A stretch of 64,000 nt of DNA from Verrucomicrobiota bacterium (GTDB lineage Bacteria; Verrucomicrobiota; Verrucomicrobiia; Limisphaerales; Palsa-1400), in NCBI GenBank assembly GCA_049510745.1, contig JBEKYR010000011.1, positions 1 through 64,000 of the forward strand, given 5' to 3'. The translations under genes were made by a program, and so were the position numbers. Below, piece after piece: positions 31,011-40,520 of the stretch; within the stretch, counting starts at the first letter, position 1, and every line of letters begins with the position of its first letter. The notes beneath the pieces are model-generated. The model did no database searches. It was not told where the DNA came from and saw nothing but the letters and a program-made list of their open reading frames with translations.

Positions 31011-31026
31011 TCACCCGAATAGGTGA
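31011..31026. promoter_or_regulatory. Candidate response-regulator binding palindrome
   Basis: tcacc-cgaata-ggtga upstream of the GH43 gene; similar acacc-caaaca-ggtaa at 25992-26007. Confidence 0.4.
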
Positions 31027-31063
31027 CTGACATCTTTTCGCGCGGTGTGTTAGTTTCGCATTC

Positions 31064-32272
31064 ATGCAGAGACAGGACCATTTCGCGCCCCGCAGTCGGG
31101 CCGCCTTTGCGCTCGCCCTGGGTTGCTGGCTTTCAACCCTAAGCGTGGACGCCGCGGACGGTTCCCTGCACTCCTTCCATCCAGGCGAATTGTGGCCCGA
31201 CGATCATGGCCGGCACATCAACGCTCACGGCGGCGGTCTGCTCCATTACGGGGCAATGTACTATTGGTTCGGAGAACATAAGATCGCCGGGGAACTGGGC
31301 AACACCGCCCAAGTCGGCGTGCATGTGTACTCCTCGCGCGACCTTTACAACTGGGAAGACCGAGGCATTGCTTTGCCCGTGTCGCAAGACCCCTCCAGCG
31401 AGATCGCCGCCGGCTGCATCCTGGAACGGCCCAAGGTCCTCTTCAATGAACAGACGCGAAAGTTTGTCATGTGGTTCCACCTCGAGAAGGGCCAGGATTA
31501 CAGCAGCGCCCGCAGCGGCGTCGCCGTGGCCGATCAGGTGACCGGGCCGTATCGCTATTTGTATTCGCTTCGCCCCAATGCCGGGGTCTGGCCGGACGAT
31601 CTTCCCCAGGAACAACGCCAGCCCCTGAGCGCGGAGGAACAGAAGCAACTGGCGAAATATCATTTCCGGGGCGGGCCTCCCGCCGGCCTGCCGTTTCCAA
31701 CCAACCTGGTTTGCCGCCGCGATTTTCAGGGCGGGCAAATGGCGCGCGATATGACCCTTTTTCTGGATGACGACGGCAAGGCCTATCACCTCTATTCGTC
31801 GGAAGAGAACGGGACCCTGCAAATTTCGCAATTGGCCGGCGATTTTCTCCTCCCCGCCGGACATTATGCGCGGCTCTTGGTGGGACGATTCAATGAAGCG
31901 CCGGCGCTCTTCAAGAAGGACGGCGTTTATTTTCTGTTCGCCTCCGGCACCACCGGCTGGGAACCCAATCCGGGCCGGAGCTTTTCCGCCGCCTCCCTTT
32001 GGGGGCCTTGGAACGATCTGGGCAACCCCTGCCGCGGCACCGACGCGCAAAAGAAGAACACCTTCGAGTCGCAATCGACCTTTGTTCTGCCGGTGGCGGG
32101 CCGGAGCGGGCAATTCATTTTCATGGCCGACCGCTGGCGGCCCGCGAATGCCATCGACGGCCGCTATGTCTGGCTCCCCGTGCGCTTCGACAACGGCCAG
32201 CCGGTCCTGGAGTGGAAACAGACTTGGAGCCTCGACGACCTGCCCGCGCGCCTGAGCCGGGCGGGCGACTGA
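31064..32272 (+). CDS. Glycoside hydrolase family 43 (GH43_24-like), secreted
   Basis: Signal peptide, HINAHGGG, ERPKV, MARDMTLF, NEAPA, SQST, MADRW. Confidence 0.88.
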   Translation: MQRQDHFAPRSRAAFALALGCWLSTLSVDAADGSLHSFHPGELWPDDHGRHINAHGGGLLHYGAMYYWFGEHKIAGELGNTAQVGVHVYSSRDLYNWEDRGIALPVSQDPSSEIAAGCILERPKVLFNEQTRKFVMWFHLEKGQDYSSARSGVAVADQVTGPYRYLYSLRPNAGVWPDDLPQEQRQPLSAEEQKQLAKYHFRGGPPAGLPFPTNLVCRRDFQGGQMARDMTLFLDDDGKAYHLYSSEENGTLQISQLAGDFLLPAGHYARLLVGRFNEAPALFKKDGVYFLFASGTTGWEPNPGRSFSAASLWGPWNDLGNPCRGTDAQKKNTFESQSTFVLPVAGRSGQFIFMADRWRPANAIDGRYVWLPVRFDNGQPVLEWKQTWSLDDLPARLSRAGD

Positions 32273-32352
32273 AAGTTTGCCCAAGGGCCATAAGTTTTCT
32301 TGCGTCCGGCGGGCCAGCCCCTACACTTCCCCCTGCCAGCAGTGGACTGATC

Positions 32353-33660
32353 ATGACCCAAAAGACACGCATGTCGGTCAATTCGAGCAATGTGCTCTCC
32401 GTCATCATGGGCGGAGGCAAGGGCGCGCGCTTGTTCCCGTTGACCCGCGATCGCAGCAAACCCGCCGTTCCGTTGGCGGGAAAATATCGCCTGGTCGATA
32501 TTCCCATTTCCAATTCCATCAATTCCGGGCTGCGCCGGATTTATTTGCTGACCCAGTTCAATTCCGCCTCGCTCCACCGGCACATTTCGCAGTCCTACAA
32601 ATTTGACCAGTTTTCGGGCGGGTTTGTGGAGATTTTGGCCGCCGAGCCATCCCTTTCCGACACTTCTTGGTACCAGGGCACGGCTGACGCGGTGCGGAAA
32701 AACCTGGTTCATTTCCTCAATCACGATTTCGAGCATCTCCTGATCCTGAGCGGGGACCAGCTCTACCGCATGGATTTCCGCCACATCATCGCCGAGCACG
32801 CCGAAAGCGGGGCGGACGTGACCATCTCGACCATCCCGGTGTCGCGCGGCCAGGCGCCGGCCTTGGGCATCATGCAAATCGACGCCGACAGGCGCATCAC
32901 CCGGTTCGTGGAGAAACCCAAAGACCCGGCCGTGCTCGATTCCTTGCGTCTGGACAGCGCCACCCAGGCGCAGTTGGGCCTGGACAGCAAGGAGGATTAC
33001 CTGCTGGCGTCGATGGGAATTTACCTTTTCAAACGCGAGGTGGTGCTGAAGCTGCTGGAAAACACGCTGACCGACTTTGGCAAGCACATCATCCCCGGCG
33101 CGATCGAGTCCCACAAAGTTCATGCCTACGTTTTCCAGGGCTACTGGGAGGACGTCGGGACGATCCGGTCTTATTTCGAGGCGAATCTCGACTTGGTGGC
33201 GGAACTGCCGCGCTTCAATTTCTTTGACATGGCCGCGCCGGTCTTCACACGCCCGCGCTTCCTGCCCGCGTCGAAGATCAACGGGGCGCAGATCGACCAC
33301 GGCGTCATATCCGACGGCTGCATCCTCAACCACTGCAATGTCCGCTACAGTATTGTCGGCGTGCGCAGCATCATCCTGGAAGGTTGCACGCTCAACCGGA
33401 CCATTCTGCTGGGCTGCGATTTCTACGAATCGGAAGGCTCCATCCGGGATTTCGAGAGCCGCGGGCTGCCTCGCATCGGCATTGGCGCCAACACGCACAT
33501 CGAGAACGCGATCATCGACAAGAACGCGCGCATCGGCGACCACTGCAGGATTTCGCCCGCCGGCAAACCGGACAAAGTGGACCATCCGCTCTATTACATC
33601 CGCGACGGCATCGTCATCATCCCCAAAAACGGCATCATTCCGCGCGACACGGTGATTTAG
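32353..33660 (+). CDS. glgC: Glucose-1-phosphate adenylyltransferase
   Basis: GGGKGARLFPLT, KPAVPLAGKYRL, WYQGTADAV, FVEKP, DFGK. Confidence 0.95.
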   Translation: MTQKTRMSVNSSNVLSVIMGGGKGARLFPLTRDRSKPAVPLAGKYRLVDIPISNSINSGLRRIYLLTQFNSASLHRHISQSYKFDQFSGGFVEILAAEPSLSDTSWYQGTADAVRKNLVHFLNHDFEHLLILSGDQLYRMDFRHIIAEHAESGADVTISTIPVSRGQAPALGIMQIDADRRITRFVEKPKDPAVLDSLRLDSATQAQLGLDSKEDYLLASMGIYLFKREVVLKLLENTLTDFGKHIIPGAIESHKVHAYVFQGYWEDVGTIRSYFEANLDLVAELPRFNFFDMAAPVFTRPRFLPASKINGAQIDHGVISDGCILNHCNVRYSIVGVRSIILEGCTLNRTILLGCDFYESEGSIRDFESRGLPRIGIGANTHIENAIIDKNARIGDHCRISPAGKPDKVDHPLYYIRDGIVIIPKNGIIPRDTVI

Positions 33661-33687
33661 AACGAAAGCGCGCCCGCCCGAAGGCCC

Positions 33688-34104
33688 ATGAAAACAACCG
33701 CGCCGCTTCTCTTCGTGCTGCTGGCCGCCGCCGGCTGCGCCGCCCCTGTCACCAAGACCGAAACGGCGCCGCCGCCGCCCGCCGCGCGCCAGGCGGCGGG
33801 CGACAAACGGGTCTTGACCGATCCCTCCCTGGATCGCGCCATTCATGTCGTGAAGGTCCAGACTGCGGCCGGCGCGGAAGGTTTTTTGAAAATCCAGGTC
33901 GATGTGGAAAACCGGAGCGATGCGCCCCGGCGGTTCAGTTACAGCATCGAGTGGCTGGACGGGGACGGCGGGCCGCTGCCGCTGGCCAGCAACGGCTTCC
34001 TGGATTGGATGCTGCGGGCCCATGAGAGCTCGTCCATCGCGGCGACGGCGCCGACGCCCGTGGCGAAGGATTTTCGCATCACCTTTGCCGGCCCAGCCCA
34101 ATAA
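33688..34104 (+). CDS. YcfL/DUF1425-like lipoprotein
   Basis: Lipobox LAAAGC, YSIEWLDGDG, APTPVAKDFR. Confidence 0.75.
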   Translation: MKTTAPLLFVLLAAAGCAAPVTKTETAPPPPAARQAAGDKRVLTDPSLDRAIHVVKVQTAAGAEGFLKIQVDVENRSDAPRRFSYSIEWLDGDGGPLPLASNGFLDWMLRAHESSSIAATAPTPVAKDFRITFAGPAQ

Positions 34105-34128
34105 ACTCGCCGCCTGGGGCGGAGGCCG

Positions 34129-34881
34129 TCACCCCATCTTTTTGAGCGCGTCGCGCACGCGGGCGGCTTCCTCGTAGTTCTCGTTCTTGACGGCCTCGTT
34201 GAGCGCGGTTTCCAGTTTTTCGCGGGCGCTCAGGGGCCGTTTGTTTTGGATTTCCTGGAGCCAGAGTTCCAGGGACTGCAACTCGCCGCTGGTTTCGAGC
34301 AGGTCCTGGCGGTCGTGATCGCGGTAAAAGCGGCGGATTTCATCCATGCCCTCTTCCACCAGGCGGATGACTTCATCATAGCGGTTGTCTTTGAGGGCCA
34401 GGGCGCCGCGGGCGCGCACGCGCATCATGAGCAGTTGCGGCCGGAATTGTTGCAGGGACCAGGCCAGTTCTTCCGAGCCGGCGTATTTTTCGACAAAATC
34501 AAACACCTTCAGGTTGCGTTGCGCGTCCTCGATCACGCCGTTGAAATCCTCCAGTTGAAAGAGGCAAATGTAGCGGTGATGGTACTGGATGGCTTCCTGT
34601 TGCAGCCGCCCGCAATCCTCCGGTGTCAAGCGAAAGGACTTGTCGTCGTTCTCATGCTCGCGGCGGAATTTTCCCAGCAGATCCAGGTAGTACTCCAGGA
34701 GGGATTCCCGGCCAAAAGGGCGCTTGCCGTCGGGCCGCCCCTGGGCGTTCATTTGCAGCAGGCCCAGGTCCACGCGCAGTTGTATCTTGTCCGCGCCGTC
34801 TTTGCCCCGGAATCTTCTGACGACCACCTGGCCCGGCTGATAATCCCACTGATCCAGCAGAGCCGATATATCGAAACTCAT
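34129..34881 (-). CDS. UvrB/UvrC-motif-containing conserved protein
   Basis: QLRVDLGLLQM..GRPDG, QYHHRY, C-terminal ENYEEAARVRD UVR motif; true start MSFDIS at 34881. Confidence 0.85.
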   Translation of the reverse strand: MSFDISALLDQWDYQPGQVVVRRFRGKDGADKIQLRVDLGLLQMNAQGRPDGKRPFGRESLLEYYLDLLGKFRREHENDDKSFRLTPEDCGRLQQEAIQYHHRYICLFQLEDFNGVIEDAQRNLKVFDFVEKYAGSEELAWSLQQFRPQLLMMRVRARGALALKDNRYDEVIRLVEEGMDEIRRFYRDHDRQDLLETSGELQSLELWLQEIQNKRPLSAREKLETALNEAVKNENYEEAARVRDALKKMG

Positions 34882-34962
34882 ACTCTGAATATGACCGTCA
34901 AAAGCCTCCAAGTCAACGCAAGGCTGGAAAGTTGGCCCCGCAGGCCCTAACCTCACCCGCTT

Positions 34963-35946
34963 ATGCCAGCGACAGTGCCAGTGACAGTTCATTCCAGCCA
35001 GTTTCCGGAAAATGTCCGGCGCGGCCTGCTCCAGGGCCTGCGCTCGCGCCGGATTGCGCCCAAGTACCTCTATGAAACCCGCCAGCAAGCCCGGAAATGG
35101 CTCGCGCTGCACGAAGCCTTCTCGCCCTCCCGGACGGACCCCGATGGCGCGGCCATCTATGACCGGAGCTTCGCAGCGGCGGGCGGATTCGTCCGCCAGC
35201 GGCAGGTGCGCGTGATCGGTCTGGGCTGCGGCGGCGGGCAAAAGGAGGCGCGGCTGCTGGCCTTGCTGGCCGGACAGGGCAACGCTCTTTCCTACACACC
35301 GTGCGATGCCAGCCTGGCCCTGGTGCTGGCCTCCGTCCGCGAGGCCGAAGGCGCCGCGCCGGGCACGCCCTGCCATCCGCTGTTGTGCGATTTGGGCGCG
35401 GCGGATGATTTGGCGGAGGTGTTCGACCAGCTCGAAGCGCGGAACGGGCCGCGTCTGCACACCTTTTTCGGCATGATCCCGAATTTCGAGCCGGACGACA
35501 TTCTGCCCAAGCTGGCGGGGTTGTTGCAGGCGGACGATCTTCTTCTTTTCAGCGCGAACCTGGCGCCCGGCCCCGACTACGCGGCGGGAGTGGAACGGGT
35601 TTTTCCCGGATACAATAATGCCGAGACGCGCGATTGGCTGCTGGCCTTTGTCCGCGACCTGGGGATCGAGCCGGGCGACGGCGCGGTGGAATTTTCCATT
35701 GAGGAAGCGTCGGGGCTGAGGCGGATCGCGGCGGATTTTTGTTTTCTGCGGCAACGGACGGTGACGGTGGAGGGGGAACGTTTTGATTTTGGCCGGGGCG
35801 AAAAGCTGCGCCTGTTTTTTTCGTATCGTTACACACCCGATCGGGCCGGGCGATTGTTGCGGGACTGGGACTTCGAGATTCTTGGGCAATGGATAACGCA
35901 ATCCGAAGAGGAAGGCGTTTTTTTGTGCCGGAAAAGGGCCGGATGA
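34963..35946 (+). CDS. EgtD-like SAM-dependent methyltransferase
   Basis: IAPKYLY, GLGCGGGQK, FFGMIPNF, YNN, FFSYRYT. Confidence 0.75.
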   Translation: MPATVPVTVHSSQFPENVRRGLLQGLRSRRIAPKYLYETRQQARKWLALHEAFSPSRTDPDGAAIYDRSFAAAGGFVRQRQVRVIGLGCGGGQKEARLLALLAGQGNALSYTPCDASLALVLASVREAEGAAPGTPCHPLLCDLGAADDLAEVFDQLEARNGPRLHTFFGMIPNFEPDDILPKLAGLLQADDLLLFSANLAPGPDYAAGVERVFPGYNNAETRDWLLAFVRDLGIEPGDGAVEFSIEEASGLRRIAADFCFLRQRTVTVEGERFDFGRGEKLRLFFSYRYTPDRAGRLLRDWDFEILGQWITQSEEEGVFLCRKRAG

Positions 35947-35958
35947 TGGGGGTCCCCC

Positions 35959-36055
35959 CCGCAACCAAAAAAAAGACGGACAGGATTAACAGGATAAAGA
36001 ATGGATTCAGAAAAGAGAATTCCCCCTTCATCCTGTTCATCCTGTTCATCCTGTC
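35959..36055. repeat. Left module of the 21-kb composite element (acaggat 9-mer hairpin)
   Basis: ccgcaaccaaaaaaaagacggacaggattaacaggat identical to 21000-21036; shared spacer tcagaaaagagaattccc. Confidence 0.9.
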
Positions 36056-36527
36056 AAAACTCTTTTTCCGCGCTTTCAGCCTCTGCCGGAGAAAATCTTG
36101 TCGGAAATTCTTGATTCTGATGGATTGAAGTGCAGATCACATAGATAAGCGCTTATGGATGTTTTGGCCGACCCAAAACACGAATCGGTGAATTTTTTCT
36201 TACCGCCGGCCGCCCGTTGGTTTTCCGCCGCGACTCTGGCGAGGATTGGAAAACCGACGGTTTGAGCCGCCGCCGCGTTGGCTGAAATCAACGAGAGAAG
36301 TTAAGAGGCTTGGGGGTCATGCCGAAACATTCGATCTTTTGCTCCAGAGGCCAAACCTTACAGGAGACCGGCCCGGCCCCACTTCCCGGAATTGGCAGCC
36401 GAAATGGAATCTTTGGATGAGACCCTGATTCACTCTGAGTATGCTTGGTTTGCAATTGTGGACCGGGAGGGGCAAAAATGGCTTTATGCCTTGCCATCAA
36501 TTGGGTGTGGCGTAAACATCCACGGAT

Positions 36528-37157
36528 ATGAACGATTATCGCCAGAATACTTTCAAAGTTAAATTTGCCAGTGCTGCCAAGGCGCTGGGCGTTGCACCCG
36601 AAAAGATTGTCTCATTGAAAATTCGCGACACCCTCAGTTCATACCATGCGTATCGCGACATGGTCCATTCACTGGAACAGGAATTCGGCTTCAAGTCCTC
36701 ATCTGTCAGCGGCGATTTGCAGGGACGAGGCTACTTGCTTGCGAAAGAAAAGTCCCAGGTAATCGTTGTTGAGCACGAGTCTGGTCTTGAGATTTTATAC
36801 ATTGCTGGCTCTGTCGCATCCCTAATCGGCTTGATACCAATAATATTACAAGCGTGGAGTGCAATTCGTCGATTTTCAGATCCCGCGAATCCCTTTCAGA
36901 ATTTGGAAGTCCGGAGGCTTAATGAGAAGTGGGAACTGCAAGAGGACACCATTCATCTTAACCGTCACGGGCTCGGCGATATTTCCAACCTGGCATTAAC
37001 TACCGCCGCTGGCCTTCTCGAAGATGAGTTCCAAAAATTAAGCCGCCACATTGAATCCGTGTTGCCTCAAATTGCTGCGTTGGAACAGCGACTTGCAAAG
37101 GTGGAAGTTGCCTTAAAGAACTTAAAGTCCTCAAAACGCAGATCCAAGCGTCGGTAG
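36528..37157 (+). CDS. Hypothetical protein (one hydrophobic segment, coiled-coil tail)
   Basis: 209-aa ORF in a lower-GC island. Confidence 0.7.
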   Translation: MNDYRQNTFKVKFASAAKALGVAPEKIVSLKIRDTLSSYHAYRDMVHSLEQEFGFKSSSVSGDLQGRGYLLAKEKSQVIVVEHESGLEILYIAGSVASLIGLIPIILQAWSAIRRFSDPANPFQNLEVRRLNEKWELQEDTIHLNRHGLGDISNLALTTAAGLLEDEFQKLSRHIESVLPQIAALEQRLAKVEVALKNLKSSKRRSKRR

Positions 37158-37208
37158 TAGATTTTGGAAATGACGCGCCCATCCACTAACATCTAATGAC
37201 ACTTAACT

Positions 37209-37799
37209 ATGATTCAAACAACCACGAGTAAACTCCACTGGAACTATTTCTTGGCACTCGACCATGATCTTGAATTGGTTTCTCGTTACGTTGAATTCTG
37301 CGAACCTCACTTTGACGTATATTCCATTGAATTCGCACATATCCTCTTCGCTGCAGCATCCGAAGTGGATGTCATCGCCAAACTCCTTTGCAAGCAGCTT
37401 AACCCTAAGGCGCGTTGCCGCGACATCAACGATTATCGGGCTGTTCTCAGAGCCGCTCTGCCTGCGTTGCCTGCCACACACGTTTTAGTGCCGCGCTATG
37501 GCTTGACTCTTACGCCCTGGGACAACTGGAAGCGGCCGTCGAATCCAGATTGGTGGCACAGTTACAATAAGGTTAAACACCAGCGAGACGTTCACTTCAA
37601 CAAGGCAACTCTCCAAAACGCCCTAAACGCGCTCGGAGGACTACTAATTTTCACATTTTACCATTACAGTTACTCGTTAAGCAAAACTCCAGGATCGCCC
37701 CTTCGCTCAGTTCTCACAACGGCAGAGCTACAGCCAGAGTCCACGCTTCTTCGTCTGCCTGACGACTATTATTGCAAACATCTTGTTGTAACGACTTAA
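37209..37799 (+). CDS. Conserved hypothetical protein, possibly HEPN-like
   Basis: HWNYFLAL, YSIE, SEVDV, WWHSYNKVKHQR. Confidence 0.7.
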   Translation: MIQTTTSKLHWNYFLALDHDLELVSRYVEFCEPHFDVYSIEFAHILFAAASEVDVIAKLLCKQLNPKARCRDINDYRAVLRAALPALPATHVLVPRYGLTLTPWDNWKRPSNPDWWHSYNKVKHQRDVHFNKATLQNALNALGGLLIFTFYHYSYSLSKTPGSPLRSVLTTAELQPESTLLRLPDDYYCKHLVVTT

Positions 37800-37854
37800 T
37801 CAATGTCGCACAAGAAAAATAATGTTTAAGTGACGAAGCGAGAGGCCAGGGTTT

Positions 37855-37970
37855 GGGGTCAAATCTAAACATTCGACAATTCGCCTGCAAATTGTGAGGC
37901 TTGCAATGATGCGGGCACTGACCGACCTGCCTGGTAAAAGGCCAAATGTTGAATGTTTAGACGCGACCCC
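37855..37970. repeat. REP-like inverted pair
   Basis: ggggtcaaatctaaacattcgaca vs tgttgaatgtttagacgcgacccc. Confidence 0.75.
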
Positions 37971-38068
37971 AGGGATCACCCCCAACTTTGAACGGCGGTC
38001 GGAAAGTGACGCAACGTCGATTGGGGCGAGGCCTTGACGGCGATGGCAGAGAGTGAGAGGCTTTGGAC

Positions 38069-38491
38069 ATGAGCAAGGCGGAAGTCATTTATGACAAGGT
38101 GCAAGCGCTGCCGGAGTCGGCGCAAACGGCGGTGCTGCGGGTGGTGGAGTCGTTGGGCGGCGTCGGGCCCGAAAGCGAGTCGCAGTCGTCGAGCCGGTTG
38201 GCGCAAGAATTCCAGACGTTGGCGGAGACGTGGCGCCGGGAAACAGCCTTTTTCTCGTTCATGCCGCAGCGGGCGTTGCACCCGGCTTATCAACGGATCA
38301 TCGGCATGGGATGGGGGGTGGTGCCTTTGCTCTTGCGGGAATTGCAGCGGCAACCCGACCACTGGTTATGGGCCTTGCAGGCGATCACCGGCGAGAGACC
38401 GGCGCAAGGCACGGAAACGCTGGGCGCGGCAGCCGAGGCCTGGCTCAACTGGGGCCGTGCGCGCGGACTTCTTCCCGATGCCCAAGGATGA
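38069..38491 (+). CDS. Conserved hypothetical protein
   Basis: HPAYQRIIGMG..VPLLLREL..PDHW.WAL.AITGE motif; N-terminus resembles small antitoxin-like domains. Confidence 0.75.
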   Translation: MSKAEVIYDKVQALPESAQTAVLRVVESLGGVGPESESQSSSRLAQEFQTLAETWRRETAFFSFMPQRALHPAYQRIIGMGWGVVPLLLRELQRQPDHWLWALQAITGERPAQGTETLGAAAEAWLNWGRARGLLPDAQG

Positions 38492-38557
38492 GATAGTCGG
38501 ATGGGTCAGATTATAGTTTGACCCTGACGACAGGTATCACGCTTGGAGGAAGGGGTA

Positions 38558-38848
38558 TTACGCCGGTATCAGTTCCAATTTGATGCGCTGGCCCAAGGCA
38601 CGGGCTGCCCTTTCCAAGGTCGTCAATGTCATGGACGGATTGGAACCGTCCAACATGCGGTCCACTGCGGCACGGCTGGTCTTCATCCGCAGAGCCATGT
38701 CGGCTTTGGACAGGGACTTTTGTTCGATGAGTTTGGCCAGTTGCAGGGCAAGGGCGCGTTTGAGCGCGCGCGCTTCAATTTCTTCCAAAATGCCCTCTTC
38801 AGCGAGAAAATCCCGGAAATTGCTTCCCCGATGTTTTTTCTTATTCAT
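38558..38848 (-). CDS. XRE/HTH antitoxin (HigA-like)
   Basis: HRGSNFRDFL, SKADMALRMKTSRAAVDRML, TLTTLERAARALG. Confidence 0.85.
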   Translation of the reverse strand: MNKKKHRGSNFRDFLAEEGILEEIEARALKRALALQLAKLIEQKSLSKADMALRMKTSRAAVDRMLDGSNPSMTLTTLERAARALGQRIKLELIPA

Positions 38849-39194
38849 GGCCGTGCAGATATTGTTTCATTCGTTTCTTCGCCAGGTCCAAATCGGGCTT
38901 TGGCGTCTTGCGATCTTTCTTGATGAAACCGTGGAGCAACACGATTTCCTCGTCATGGATGATAAAGAGCGTCCGCGCGATTTTGCCTCTCAAGTTGGAC
39001 CGTATCTCCCACAGGCCGCCGCCGAAAGAGTCCACCAACGGTTTGCCTATCGGCCATGCAAATTGGGCAGTCAAGATGTCCTCACCGATGGCCTTTCTCT
39101 CTTCCCTCGGCAATCCTTTAAGCCAACTCCTGACCGGCTCATTGCCGGCCTCGGTCTGGAAGAACACCACCGCTAATGGACGCTCACCATTCAA
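38841..39194 (-). CDS. RelE/ParE-family toxin (HigB/Gp49-like)
   Basis: GNEPVRSWL, GLWEIRS, VLLHGFIKK..KTP. Confidence 0.88.
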   Translation of the reverse strand: MNGERPLAVVFFQTEAGNEPVRSWLKGLPREERKAIGEDILTAQFAWPIGKPLVDSFGGGLWEIRSNLRGKIARTLFIIHDEEIVLLHGFIKKDRKTPKPDLDLAKKRMKQYLHGHE

Positions 39195-39203
39195 TCCAAA
39201 ACT

Positions 39204-39231
39204 ATTGTATCAAAAATGATACCAATGTCAA
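39204..39231 (-). promoter_or_regulatory. Sigma70 promoter with operator palindrome for the TA operon
   Basis: Minus strand TTGACA-N16-TACAAT; palindrome gtatca-aaaa-tgatac at 39207-39222. Confidence 0.7.
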
Positions 39232-39298
39232 CCGGCGGAATTTCCTACGGTCGCAAACAGCCGCCCCTGCCCCTTTCACCGACCGGGCGGCCCGCGGG

Positions 39299-40186
39299 TC
39301 AGAAGGCCCGCAGGGTCTCCAGCACCGCCCGCACGCGCGGGACTTCGTGGGTGCGGAACAGGTCCGTCTTGCCCAGCGCCGCCAGCACGGCGAAGAATGG
39401 CTCGGCGCAGCGCACTTCCTCCCCGAAATACTCGAAGGCGTGCGGCAAGGCGTGGCAGACCGGAAATCCAAGCGTCCGCAATCGAAAGGTGTTCAAAAAG
39501 GTCGTCATCTGGTGCCGCACGCGCGTCGCGCTGTCTTGCAGGTTGCGGTAGTAGAAGCCCAATCCGGGATCGATGAGAATTTTTTCCACCCCGTGCCGCG
39601 CCGCCGAATCCGAGAGCCGCGCAAAATAATCGCGCATCAGTTCGATCACGTCGCCGCCCGGATCGAAATCGCCCACGTCCCGCGGGTTGCGCCCTTGCAC
39701 GTAGCAGAGGATCACCGCCGCCGAATGCTCCGCTGTCAACTCGAAGATTTCCGCCGCTTCTTCGGCCCCCGTCAGGTTGATGACCTTGGCGCCCGCTTCC
39801 AGGCAGGCGCGCGCGACTTGGGCCTGGTAGGTTTCCACCGAGACGAGCACGCCGGCGGCGGCCAGGCCGCGGACGGCCGGGAGCAATCTGCTTTGTTGGG
39901 CGGACGGGTCCAAGCGCGCCGCCTGGGCCAGGGTGGATTCCGCGCCGAGATCGACAATGCGGGCGCCTTGGGCCCGCAGCACCAGGCCGCGTTGGATGGC
40001 GCGGTCGGTCGTCAGGCAGACGCTTTCGCGGTACCAGGAATCCGGGGAGAGGTTGACGACGCCCATGATGGCGGGAGCGGAATTGAAGGCGAAGAGTTCG
40101 CCGCCGAGGGAGAATTCGCGGACTTTGGCGGGGGCGGCCTGGCGGTGGTGTTCGAGCAAGGCGGCCAATTGTTCGAGGGACAACAT
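39299..40186 (-). CDS. folP: Dihydropteroate synthase (divergent)
   Basis: IMGVVNLSPDSW, VDLGAEST, LIDPGLGF, FRTHEV. Confidence 0.8.
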   Translation of the reverse strand: MLSLEQLAALLEHHRQAAPAKVREFSLGGELFAFNSAPAIMGVVNLSPDSWYRESVCLTTDRAIQRGLVLRAQGARIVDLGAESTLAQAARLDPSAQQSRLLPAVRGLAAAGVLVSVETYQAQVARACLEAGAKVINLTGAEEAAEIFELTAEHSAAVILCYVQGRNPRDVGDFDPGGDVIELMRDYFARLSDSAARHGVEKILIDPGLGFYYRNLQDSATRVRHQMTTFLNTFRLRTLGFPVCHALPHAFEYFGEEVRCAEPFFAVLAALGKTDLFRTHEVPRVRAVLETLRAF

Positions 40187-40318
40187 TTCGAAATTTAACC
40201 GGCGTGACCCTACCGGGTTCGCGCCCGTGTTGTCGAGGCATATCGGGCGGTCCAAATCCTCCTAACGCGGCCTTACCGCGGAGCGATGACCCAGACAATT
40301 TGGATGGGAGAGCGAAGA

Positions 40319-40369
40319 AGCGGTCGGCGGGGGCGCCGACCGCTGCATGCGAGGGCGCATGCACTCCCC
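40319..40369. repeat. Single REP-like double hairpin, same family as 22608-22746
   Basis: agcggtcggcg gggg cgccgaccgct gcatgcg aggg cgcatgc actcccc. Confidence 0.8.
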
Positions 40370-40520
40370 GGGATGTAATGCAACGGTTCTAAGGCGATTT
40401 GGGGGGCGGAGAAAGTGACGAAGGACGAACTGTAAGCGAATTTCGTCATTTTTTTGAGCGTGCATTTTACGCGGGCGGCGGGAAAACTCGGAAGATGACC
40501 AGATTGACCGCCGCCAACCC

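Noticed and set aside
34882..35964. 611-aa minus-strand ORF as a single fusion protein
   Set aside because: Its first 360 aa are the antisense shadow of the EgtD-like gene; recognisable sequence starts at 34881
40198..40255. Minus-strand tract resembling a tRNA-Glu 3' half (aacacgggcgcgaacccggtagggtcacgcc)
   Set aside because: Lacks the TTCGA T-loop, D arm, anticodon arm and CCA; cannot be supported without a tRNAscan-SE result
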